From the NCBI GenBank assembly GCA_002104945.1, contig MCFH01000015.1:124001-188000 (forward strand): a stretch of 64,000 bases of DNA. The letters run 5' to 3'. The first letter of the stretch is position 1; the number at the start of each line of letters is the position of its first letter. Of this stretch, positions 1-10,306 are shown piece by piece. Position numbers and translations under genes: made by a program. Below the pieces are notes generated by a model that saw nothing but the letters and a program-made list of their open reading frames with translations, was not told where the DNA came from and did not search any database. The stretch is from Piromyces finnis finn (taxonomy: Eukaryota; Fungi; Neocallimastigomycota).

Positions 1-3000
1 AATACAATTTGAGTTTTTCCATTTGTTAAAACATCTAACCTGAGCTAACGCACATTTGGCTGACAATGGAGGAATATTCAAATCTTTTGAAATAGAGTAT
101 AAAGATATAAACGATACAGCTTTATGAACTCCGGCAACCCATCGTATTCCTTTGTTAACATGCTTCTGAGCAATTCTAGACCTAGCTTTGTTGGATCCAA
201 GTAATGGTGCAAAGTATGAAACTCTGCTAATCACTTGTGAGTTAAGTACTAGTTTTTTGAAAGGAATAGGAATATTAGGATTTCTTAAGAATTTACTGAC
301 TGAGAAAAGCCCTTTCAAAACCTTGTTATTAAGAGCTTTAATTACTGGTTTAAGGGACAGATTCTTATCAAATGGAACACCAAGATAAGTATAGCAATCA
401 GTAGTTGGAATGGGTTGTCCTGCTAAGTAAAATGTTGGATCTCTCTTGTTCTGATTTTCTATTGATTCAGGACGAATCACCATCGTTGAACATTTCTGGA
501 TACCAAATTCCATTTCATTATACAAGGCCCATTCATTAACTCTTCTAAGCATCTTTTTTAAGCATCCTCTTGTTGGAGCACAAATAACTATATCATCTGC
601 AAAAAGTCCACCACAGCATCGAGTGTCACCTAAACTGACTCCTAGATCTTCGCACTCTTTAAATATATCATTAATAAAGAGATTAAAGAGAATAGGAGAA
701 AGAGGGCATCCTTGACGGACTCCTTTCTTCACATCAAAAGATTTCGAGAATTGTCCATCTAATTTGACATTAGCCTTAGATGTTAAATATAAATTTTTGA
801 TAAATTGTAGACTCTTACCTCGGATTCCTAAACAATCTAATTTATGGAGAATATTACCGATTGGGACTGAATCGTATGCTTTCCTGAGATCTAAAAAGGC
901 CAAATATGTCTCTTTATTATCTAATTGACGTCTACGGCATATTTCTTGGATTGAAATGAAAAGACTGATACTTTCTTCCTTTTTTCGAAAACCAAATTGT
1001 TCAGGTCTAATGAAATTATTCTTTAAACCATATTCTGAGATTCTAGTGGTGACAATTTTGGAAATCAACTTAATACCATTATTGATAAGTGATATACCTC
1101 GATAGTTATCACAATCTGTCAAATCTCCCTTCTTAGGAATAGAAACAATACTGGATTCATTCCATGAGTTGGGGAAATCTCCATCCCAAATACGGTTGAA
1201 TAATTTAAGAATAAAATTTAAACCATGAGCATCATTATCTGAAGTAGTATTACCAGAAGAATTATTACCTGTAGCATTATTAGAATCATTACTTGATGGA
1301 ACTAATGCTTTGTAAAATTCAATTGGAATACCATCCGGACCTGATGCTTTATAATTTGGAGTAGTGAGGATAGCTGACTTGACTTCATCAATACTAATAT
1401 CTTGGTTGATATCCCACTCATCAAGCATAGGAAGTGAAAAACGTTTATTCGTTGGTTCTTCATACCAATGCTCCAAATCAAGACTTACACCACTTGGGTC
1501 TGATGCAAGATTTTCGAAATGATCATGCCACACATCTAGTTGTTCTTCCGTAGCAACAACTAATTCTCCATTTTTATTTTTAATTGGTTGAGCAATAAAG
1601 AAAGAATCTTTTCCAATTTTTGCAGTTTTCTTGATCCATTTCCAGGCCTTCTTAGGATTATGACTCTTCATATACTCACATCCTGTTTTAATCCAATGAA
1701 TATATTCTTGCTTCCTAAATTCATTACATCTTTTGTGGATGTAATCAATGAGTTTACGGTAGATTTTAATTCTTTTAATAAATTCATCTATATCATAAAT
1801 TCTTTCTTTTTTAAATCTCTTATACAACTTCATTTTGATTTTTTGAAGATTAAAAATTTGTTGTGAAATATGAAATGAAGACATTATAACATTATTTGCT
1901 GAAGTAATACTGAGCTCGTCTGCAATTGAAAAAGCAGTTGAAGTAAACTCTTTGGAAAGTTCATCTGTAGAAACATTAGGATCGTTGGATTTTGCTGAAA
2001 GTATTTGGAATTTATTATGACTGAGAATAGATTCCTTTTCCTCAATACATTTTAATCTATTCCATTTCAGAATTTTCTTAGGAACATTAAAGTCATTAGA
2101 AAAATCTTCCATAGGAATAATTTTACCATTAATAAGAAGTGGCTTATGGTCTGATACAGGATAAAAATTATTTATAAATGATCCTGAGTGAATAAGATCT
2201 TTCATCTTCGAATTGATAAGAGCATGGTCAATGTCGGAAGATTGTTCACCTCGAGTCCAAGAGATAGTAGACCCTCTAAGCGGAAGAATTTCCCAATCTC
2301 CTAATCCATTAGTTGATAACCAGTTGGATAATTTTACTTTAGACATATTAAAATCACCAACAAGAATCGATGGATGGGATGAATGAGTTTGTAACCACAA
2401 GCGAACTTCTAACTTTGCATGATCAACATAGATGTTGTGATGACTATGAGGCATATAAACATTACCAATCGAGCATTTGAATCTATTCCAGAGACTAAAA
2501 GTATAAATAGAAATAATATACTTTCCAGAGAAGTTTTCAAGTGAGGCTTGACATGAATTGTGAAAACCTAAATATAAACCTCTCATTCCCGGAACTGATT
2601 CGTCAGCTTTCTTGAAAAAGTGTCTATAGTTTCGCAAAGTAACACGACAAGGATAATCTGTATTCGATCCAGAACCATTACCAGTTTCTTGGAAACATAA
2701 AAATAATGGTTTGAAAATAGCTGTGAAATAGCTAATACTATCTCTCTTTTCGTGATTCCACCCATTGGTGTTCCAACTAAGACAAAAAGAAAAGTTATCA
2801 GGCTTGTTGGATGAGGATGAGGAAGAATCGTTGCTATTATTACTATTATTAAAGTCATCATTATTAATGGATGATGCATCAGAGGAATAAGTAGAACTAT
2901 TACTAGATGGCTGTGAAGCTGAAGAACTATCAGCTATTGAACTGTTATCAGAGTTGATAGAGCTATTAGAATTAATTGTTGAATGTTGAGATTGAAATTG

Positions 3001-3507
3001 TGTTTGCTGTAGATCTGTAATATTTTCATGATTGGAAACTTGTTGAAGATCTTGTTGAAGATCTTGTTGAAGATCGGATTGTTGATGAGATTGTTGAACT
3101 GATTGTTGAAATGATTGTTGAATAGAATGTTGATGTTTATTAGAAACTAAAATTTTACGTTTGAGAGTGGAAAAAGTGTATTTGTGATTCCTTCTACTAC
3201 GAGCTGAAAAGGAAATTGAGGTAACTGAAAGTTTCTTCTTTAACATGTGTAAGATTTTAATACAATCTTTTGATGAACCATGAACCTTGACTAAGAAAAA
3301 GTGATCATTGAAAGTCTGAAAATATTTAACACTAATAACTGAATTAAATTTATCTTCTAGAATAACCTCGAGTTTTTCCCATAGCATATTTACTGACCAT
3401 GATCGAATACCACGGATAAAGAAGGAGCGAATATCATCTAAGGGGATACCATAAGACCGGGTACCACGTCTGATATAATTCTTATCTTTAATATAAAGGA
3501 CTGACAT
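1..3507 (-). CDS. APE endonuclease + reverse transcriptase polyprotein of copy 1 (partial, open to window edge)
   Basis: ATG at 3507, colinear with the 1503-aa ORF of copy 3. The ORF track has no ORF starting at 3507 and ending at a stop, consistent with an open frame running off the edge. It lacks the copy 2 frameshift (caattctaga at 171-180). Confidence 0.8.
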   Translation of the reverse strand, partial: MSVLYIKDKNYIRRGTRSYGIPLDDIRSFFIRGIRSWSVNMLWEKLEVILEDKFNSVISVKYFQTFNDHFFLVKVHGSSKDCIKILHMLKKKLSVTSISFSARSRRNHKYTFSTLKRKILVSNKHQHSIQQSFQQSVQQSHQQSDLQQDLQQDLQQVSNHENITDLQQTQFQSQHSTINSNSSINSDNSSIADSSSASQPSSNSSTYSSDASSINNDDFNNSNNSNDSSSSSSNKPDNFSFCLSWNTNGWNHEKRDSISYFTAIFKPLFLCFQETGNGSGSNTDYPCRVTLRNYRHFFKKADESVPGMRGLYLGFHNSCQASLENFSGKYIISIYTFSLWNRFKCSIGNVYMPHSHHNIYVDHAKLEVRLWLQTHSSHPSILVGDFNMSKVKLSNWLSTNGLGDWEILPLRGSTISWTRGEQSSDIDHALINSKMKDLIHSGSFINNFYPVSDHKPLLINGKIIPMEDFSNDFNVPKKILKWNRLKCIEEKESILSHNKFQILSAKSNDPNVSTDELSKEFTSTAFSIADELSITSANNVIMSSFHISQQIFNLQKIKMKLYKRFKKERIYDIDEFIKRIKIYRKLIDYIHKRCNEFRKQEYIHWIKTGCEYMKSHNPKKAWKWIKKTAKIGKDSFFIAQPIKNKNGELVVATEEQLDVWHDHFENLASDPSGVSLDLEHWYEEPTNKRFSLPMLDEWDINQDISIDEVKSAILTTPNYKASGPDGIPIEFYKALVPSSNDSNNATGNNSSGNTTSDNDAHGLNFILKLFNRIWDGDFPNSWNESSIVSIPKKGDLTDCDNYRGISLINNGIKLISKIVTTRISEYGLKNNFIRPEQFGFRKKEESISLFISIQEICRRRQLDNKETYLAFLDLRKAYDSVPIGNILHKLDCLGIRGKSLQFIKNLYLTSKANVKLDGQFSKSFDVKKGVRQGCPLSPILFNLFINDIFKECEDLGVSLGDTRCCGGLFADDIVICAPTRGCLKKMLRRVNEWALYNEMEFGIQKCSTMVIRPESIENQNKRDPTFYLAGQPIPTTDCYTYLGVPFDKNLSLKPVIKALNNKVLKGLFSVSKFLRNPNIPIPFKKLVLNSQVISRVSYFAPLLGSNKARSRIAQKHVNKGIRWVAGVHKAVSFISLYSISKDLNIPPLSAKCALAQVRCFNKWKNSNCI

Positions 3508-3703
3508 GATAATTAATTCTAATTAAAAAATATTGAATATAAAATAAATACTAATAAAAATTATAAATATAACGTATATGGAAAAAATCTGTCTCTCTCT
3601 CTCTTCTTAAAAGTACTGGATAGTACAAAAATTGTTACGATACTTTGTTTAAAGTTTAAAGTTTCTTTTTTTGAATTCTAGTTGTTAACTTTTTTTAAAA
3701 ATT

Positions 3704-4043
3704 CTAGTTTTGGTTTGTTGTTAGTAAATTCGAATCGCTTTTTGACACTAAACTTGTTTGACTTACTTTTCATTAAATATTTAAATTGGTAAAAAATTTG
3801 AATCAAGAATGTCGACACCAGAAAGCTTGTGAATAGTATTTTTACATGATGTAGAGTGAATCAGTCTCTTACAAGAAACAATACAACAATAGCTACATGA
3901 ATATAAAAGTACAATGCAAATGCTAAAGTTGACTACATTGGATTCTTACAAGAGAAGAGTAGTACTACATGAATACATGAATAAAAGAAAAAATACAGCA
4001 ACAAAATGTATTACTCTTCTAATTAAATACTATACAAACTTAC
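3704..4043 (-). other. Candidate spliceosomal intron in family A 5' UTR (also 9412-9752 and 52075-52414)
   Basis: Sense strand has CAG|GTAAGT donor (4043), TACTAAC branch point (3726-3720) and TAG acceptor (3704). All three signals are conserved in all three copies. Confidence 0.5.
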
Positions 4044-4155
4044 CTGAAAATCAAACATTCACTTATTCATCAAATACTTAAATTTGATGAATAAAATGTT
4101 TTTTAATCGCTCAGTACCATGAGCTTAGTCCTAATAATTTTCCCTTGAAGACTAA

Positions 4156-4401
4156 CCAAGCATCCATTGCGCAATGCTTGGATTTAATTCTTTCTACTCT
4201 CTCAGTACCATGAGCATGAGTAGACCCCCTTGAGAAATTACATTTATTAAATAAATGAAGGCACATTCCTAAGAGGGCACCAAGCATCCATTGCGCAATA
4301 CTTGGATTTAATTCTTTCTACTCTCTCAGTACCATGAGCATGAGTAGACCCCCTTGAGAAACTACATTTATTAAATAAATGAAGGCACGTTCCCAAGAGG
4401 G
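4156..4401 (-). repeat. Two tandem 124-bp 5' monomers of copy 1 (unit a 4401-4278, unit b 4277-4156)
   Basis: Direct repeat with period 124 bp (catccattgc at 4161 and 4285). Each unit has three inverted-repeat stems. Confidence 0.95.
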
Positions 4402-4404
4402 TAA

Positions 4405-4409
<5 letters not shown>
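4396..4409. repeat. 14-bp target-site duplication of copy 2 (agagggtaaatgat; partner 10301-10314)
   Basis: Identical 14-mer abuts the poly(A) tail at 4410 and the 5' end at 10300. Confidence 0.9.
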
Positions 4410-4445
<36 letters not shown>

Positions 4446-4680
4446 GGCATCAAATATTTTAAACTTTATTATTAATTTAATTAAAATTATAATACATGAA
4501 ATATAAAAATTAAAATAAAATAAAAATAAAAAAAATATGTTTAAATAAACACAAATGAATAAAAATTGGGTATAATGTATTCTAGTAATTTTAATTAAAG
4601 TAAGAAAGCCACTATCATACTAAAGTATAATAATTGTATTTGACTTCCAATGGGACACCGAGCCAAAGATCAAAATTTTA

Positions 4681-7600
4681 TCATGGGACAAAATTATGAT
4701 CTCCATTGGTTGCGCTGGCCCTCCTGGCCTGTCTTACTGTTTCTTCAGCATTGACGCTCTTGGATGTTGCTTCAAACCTTTTGAACATTGACCATTGCTG
4801 GCCAATAGCAAAAGGCATGATTTTGGTTAGAAGTTCCGCGGTTACCGTCAAGAATGGTGTTCCTTCATTAGTACCAGATTGAATCTGACGCTTACAAAGT
4901 TCTTTCCATTCCCTTGAATTGTAATTGATATTGTTAAAACTTCTTCCCCCAAGAAGGAATTTAAATATTTTACTGCACACACTAGAATAATCATACACAT
5001 TAATATTCACCGGATTATTAGAACTATTACTATCATTAACTAAATTACTATCTAAATTAGAATTATTATCTTCACTATTGCTATCATTACTAATATTATT
5101 ATTTCTATTACTACTATTGTTATTATTACTATTGTTACTATTACTATTGTTATTATTACTATTGCTATTACTACTATTGTTACTATTACTATTAATGTTA
5201 TTACTATCTCTACTGATATTATCAATTTCATTATTATTGATAGGACTATTGGAATTACGTTGACTGAAAAAATTTAATAGCTGGACTATGGAATCATAAT
5301 GTTTAATACGGATATCTCTAAATGTTGGACAATCTAATAACCAATGTTTAATACTTTGATCTCCACACTTGCAACATGGACAGTAGTTAGGACAAACTGG
5401 ATCAACAAATTTGGCAGCTTTGGCAACTCTAGCATCCAACTTGTATCCGCTTCTTGCTTTCAATAGCCAGTAGAAGCCATAGGCAAACTCTGGGTACTCA
5501 TAACATAATTTAATAAAATCTTTAGTTTCAATAAACTTATTATCATCATAATATTGCGCTTTGATTGAATTCCCTTTGAGATCTTTCCAATAAAAGTTTT
5601 TAACTGCTTTAACATCTCCATGTTTCTTTAGTTTTTTATCAAGTGTCCTACTTGATTTGCACCACGTGTATTTTCTAAATTTAGGAATGTAATTGACAAG
5701 GTATGAGATAATACAATTTGAGTTTTTCCATTTGTTAAAACATCTAACCTGAGCTAATGCACATTTGGCTGACAATGGAGGAATATTCAAATCTTTTGAA
5801 ATAGAGTATAAAGATATAAACGATACAGCTTTATGAACTCCGGCAACCCATCGTATTCCTTTGTTAACATGCTTCTGTGCAATCTAGACCTGGCTTTGTT
5901 GGATCCAAGTAATGGTGCAAAGTATGAAACTCTGCTAATCACTTGTGAGTTAAGTACTAGCTTTTTGAAGGGAATAGGAATATTAGGATTTCTTAAGAAT
6001 TTACTGACTGAAAAAAGCCCTTTCAAAACCTTGTTATTAAGAGCTTTAATAACTGGTTTAAGGGACAGATTCTTATCAAATGGAACACCAAGATAAGTAT
6101 AACAATCAGTAGTTGGAATGGGTTGTCCTGCTAAGTAAAATGTTGGATCTCTCTTGTTCTGATTTTCTATTGATTCAGGACGAATCACCATCGTTGAACA
6201 CTTCTGGATACCAAATTCCATTTCATTATACAAGGCCCATTCATTAACTCTTCTAAGCATCTTTTTTAAGCATCCTCTTGTTGGAGCACAAATAACTATA
6301 TCATCTGCAAAAAGTCCACCACAGCATCGAGTGTCACCTAAACTGACTCCGAGATCTTCACACTCTTTAAATATATCATTAATAAAGAGATTAAAGAGAA
6401 TAGGAGAAAGAGGGCATCCTTGACGGACTCCTTTCTTCACATCAAAAGATTTCGAGAATTGTCCATCTAATTTGACATTAGCCTTAGATGTTAAATATAA
6501 ATTTTTGATAAATTGTAAACTCTTACCTCGGATTCCTAAACAATCTAATTTATGGAGAATATTACCGATTGGGACTGAATCGTATGCTTTCCTGAGATCT
6601 AAAAAGGCCAAATATGTCTCTTTATTATCTAATTGACGTCTACGGCATATTTCTTGGATTGAAATGAAAAGACTAATACTTTCTTCCTTTTTTCGAAAAC
6701 CAAATTGTTCAGGTCTAATGAAATTATTCTTTAAACCATATTCTGAGATTCTAGTGGTGACAATTTTGGAAATCAACTTAATACCATTATTGATAAGTGA
6801 TATACCTCGATAGTTATCACAATCTGTCAAATCTCCCTTCTTAGGAATAGAAACAATACTGGATTCATTCCATGAGTTGGGGAAGTCTCCATCCCAAATA
6901 CGGTTGAATAATTTAAGAATAAAATTTAAACCATAAGCATCATTATCTGAAGTGGTATTACCGGAAGAATTATTATCTGTAGCATTATTAGAATCATTAC
7001 TTGATGGAATTAATGCTTTGTAAAATTCAATTGGAATACCATCCGGACCTGATGCTTTATAATTCGGAGTAGAGAGGATAGCTGACTTGACTTCATCAAT
7101 ACTAATATCTTGGTTGATATCCCATTCATCAAGCATAGGGAGTGAAAAACGTTTATTCGTTGGTTCTTCATACCAATGCTCCAAATCAAGACTTACACCA
7201 CTTGGATCTGATGCAAGCTTTTCGAAATGATCATGCCACACATCTAGTTGTTCTTCCGTAGCAACAACTAATTCTCCATTTTTGTTTTTAATTGGTTGAG
7301 CAATAAAGAAAGAATCTTTTCCAATTTTTGCAGTTTTCTTGATCCATTTCCAGGCCTTCTTAGGATTATGACTCTTCATATACTCACATCCTGTTTTAAT
7401 CCAATGAAGATATTCTTGTTTCCTAAATTCATTACATCTTTTGTGGATGTAATCAATGAGCTTACGGTAGATTTTAATTCTTTTAATAAATTCATCTATA
7501 TCATAAATTCTTTCTTTTTTAAATCTCTTATACAACTTCATTTTGATTTTTTGGAGATTAAAAATTTGTTGTGAAATATGAAATGAAGACTTTATAACAT

Positions 7601-9221
7601 TATTTGCTGAGGTAATACTGAGCTCGTCTGCAATTGAAAAAGCAGTTGAAGTAAACTCTTTGGAAAGTTCATCTGTAGAAACATTAGGATCGTTGAATTT
7701 TGCTGAAAGTATTTGGAATTTATTATGACTGAGAATAGATTCCTTTTCCTCAATACATTTTAATCTATTCCATTTCAGAATTTTCTTAGGAACATTAAAG
7801 TCATTAGAAAAATCTTCCATAGGAATAATTTTACCATTAATAAGAAGTGGCTTATGGTCTGATACAGGATAAAAATTATTTATAAATGATCCTGAGTGAA
7901 TAAGATCTTTCATCTTCGAATTGATAAGAGCATGGTCAATGTCGGAAGATTGATCACCTCGAGTCCAAGAGATAGTAGACCCTCTAAGCGGAAGAATTTC
8001 CCAATCTCCTAATCCATTAGTTGATAACCAGTTGGATAATTTTACTTTAGACATATTAAAATCACCAACAAGAATCGATGGATGGGATGAATGAGTTTGT
8101 AACCACAAGCGAACTTCTAACTTTGCATGATCAACATAGATGTTGTGATGACTATGAGGCATATAAACATTTCCAATCGAGCATTTGAATCTATTCCAGA
8201 GACTAAAAGTATAAATAGAAATAATATACTTTCCAGAGAAGTTTTCAAGTGAGGCTTGACACGAATTGTGAAAACCTAAATATAAACCTCTCATTCCCGG
8301 AACTGATTCGTCAGCTTTCTTGAAAAAGTGTCTATAGTTTCGCAAAGTAACACGACAAGGATAATCTGTATTCGATCCAGAACCATTACCAGTTTCTTGG
8401 AAACATAAGAATAATGGTTTGAAAATAGCTGTGAAATAGCTAATACTATCTCTCTTTTCATGATTCCACCCATTGGTGTTCCAACTAAGACAAAAAGAAA
8501 AGTTATCAGGCTTGTTGGATGAGGAAGAATCGTTGCTATTATTATTATTATTAAAGTCATCGTTATTAATGGATGATGCATCAGAGGAATAAGTAGAACT
8601 ATTACTAGATGGCTGTGAAACTGAAGAACTATCAACTATTGAACTGTTATCAGAGTTGATAGAACTATTAGAATTAATTGTTGAATGTTGAGATTGAAAT
8701 TGTGTTTGCTGTAGATCTGGAATATTTTCATGATGGGAAACTTGTTGAAGATCCTGTTGAAGATCTTGTTGAAGATCGGATTGTTGATGAGATTGTTGAA
8801 CTGATTGTTGAACTGATTGTTGAAATGATTGTTGAATAGAATGTTGATGTTTATTAGAAACTAAAATTTTACGTTTGAGAGTGGAAAAAGTGTATTTGTG
8901 ATTCCTTCTACTACGAGCTGAAAAGGAAATTGAGGTAACTGAAAGTTTCTTCTTTAACATGTGTAAGATTTTAATACAATCTTTTGATGAACCATGAACC
9001 TTGACTAAGAAAAAGTGATCATTGAAAGTCTGAAAATATTTAACACTAATAACTGAATTAAATTTATCTTCTAGAATAACCTCGAGTTTTTCCCATAGCA
9101 TATTTACTGACCATGATCGAATACCACGGATAAAGAAGGAGCGAATATCATCTAAGGGGATACCATAAGACCGGGTACCACGTCTGATATAATTCTTATC
9201 TTTAATATAAAGGACTGACAT
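4681..9221 (-). pseudogene. APE-RT-CCHC polyprotein of copy 2, split by a 1-bp deletion at ~5883
   Basis: ORFs 5787-9221 and 4681-5790 together match the 1503-aa copy 3 protein. Copy 2 reads gcaatctaga where copies 1 and 3 read gcaattctaga. Confidence 0.85.
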
Positions 9222-9865
9222 GATAATAAATTCTAATTAAAAAATATTGAATATAAAATAAATACTAATAAAAATTACAAATATAACGTATATGGAAAAA
9301 AATCTGTCTCTCTCTCTCTTCTTAAAAGTACTGGATAGTACAAAAATTGTTACGATGCTTTGTTTAAAGTTTCTTTTTTTGAATTCTAGTTGTAAATTTT
9401 CTTTAAAAATTCTAGTTTTGGTTTGTTGTTAGTAAATTCGATTCGCTTTTTGACACTAAACTTGTTTGACTTTACTTTTCATTAAATATTTAAATTGGTA
9501 AAAAATTTGAATCAAGAATGTCGACACCAGAAAGCTTGTGAATAGTATTTTTACATGATGTAGAGTGAATCAGTCTCTTACAAGAAACAATACAACAATA
9601 GCTACATGAATATAAAAGTACAATGCAAATGCTAAAGTTGACTACATTGGATTCTTACAAGAGAAGAGTAGTACTACATGAATACATGAATAAAAGAAAA
9701 AATACAGCAACAAAATGTATTACTCTTCTAATTAAATACTATACAAACTTACCTGAAAAATCAAACATTCACTTATTCATCAAATACTTAAATTTGATGA
9801 ATAAAATGTTTTTTAATCGCTCAGTACCATGAGCTTAGTCCTAATAATTTTCCCTTGAAGACTAA

Positions 9866-10300
9866 CCAAGCATCCATTGCGCAATGCTTGGATTTAATTC
9901 TTTCTACTCTCTCAGTACCATGAGCATGAGTAGACCCCCTTGAGAAATTACATTTATTAAATAAATGAAGGCACATTCCTAAGAGGGCACCAAGCATCCA
10001 TTGCGCAATACTTGGATTTAATTCTTTCTACTCTCTCAGTACCATGAGCATGAGTAGACCCCCTTGAGAAACTACATTTATTAAATAAATGAAGGCACGT
10101 TCCCAAGAGGGAGCATGAGTAGACCCCCTTGAGAAATTACATTTATTAAATAAATGAAGGCACATTCCTAAGAGGGCACCAAGCATCCATTGCGCAATAC
10201 TTGGATTTAATTCTTTCTACTCTCTCAGTACCATGAGCATGAGTAGACCCCCTTGAGAAACTACATTTATTAAATAAATGAAGGCACGTTCCCAAGAGGG
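9866..10300 (-). repeat. 5' monomer array of copy 2: a(10300-10177), truncated b(10176-10112), a(10111-9988), b(9987-9866)
   Basis: Direct alignment of the units. The truncated unit stops at ...GGGGGTCTACTCATGCT and rejoins CCCTCTTGGG. Confidence 0.9.
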
Positions 10301-10306
10301 AGAGGG

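Larger units (their letters stand above)
1..4401 (-). mobile_element. Non-LTR retrotransposon family A, copy 1 (5' end complete; 3' part runs off window start)
   Basis: Near-identical to 4410-10300 and 47101-52651. 5' end at 4401 has two 124-bp monomers, then ~650 bp UTR, then ATG at 3507. Confidence 0.95.
4410..10300 (-). mobile_element. Non-LTR retrotransposon family A, copy 2 (full length)
   Basis: Poly(A) tail (T run 4409-4442), ~240-bp 3' UTR, ORF region 4681-9221, 5' UTR, 5' monomers to 10300, flanking 14-bp TSD. Confidence 0.95.

Noticed and set aside
188-2879. Short ORFs 188-388, 1588-1866, 2583-2879 and their equivalents in copies 2 and 3
   Set aside because: Antisense or alternate-frame shadows of the retrotransposon ORF. 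They recur only because the element is repeated.
3690-3775. Basic 31-aa upstream ORF (MKSKSNKFSVKKR...) in the copy 1 5' UTR as a possible ORF1
   Set aside because: Frameshifted to 8 codons in copies 2 and 3, so not conserved.
4156-4401. Monomers as CRISPR array, hammerhead, HDV-like, twister or hairpin ribozyme
   Set aside because: No unique spacers or cas genes. CTGAGAGAGTAGAAA lacks the CUGANGA spacing and stem II/III. A GCCCTCT/AGGGGGT P1 with G.U exists but leaves no room for P2/P3/L3. TCC(C/T)AAG on the plus strand lacks the twister P4 pairing. Kept only as an unclassified structure.
4247-4453. 68-aa poly-K ORF
   Set aside because: Read-through of the poly(A) tail into the 5' monomers.
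5078-5263. Poly-Leu ORFs (also 47739-47956)
   Set aside because: Antisense or alternate frame of the Asn/Ser-rich tract.
9623-9832. 69-aa antisense ORF in the element 5' UTR (also 52285-52494)
   Set aside because: No recognisable motif, and copy 1 has an indel in it. Probably incidental.
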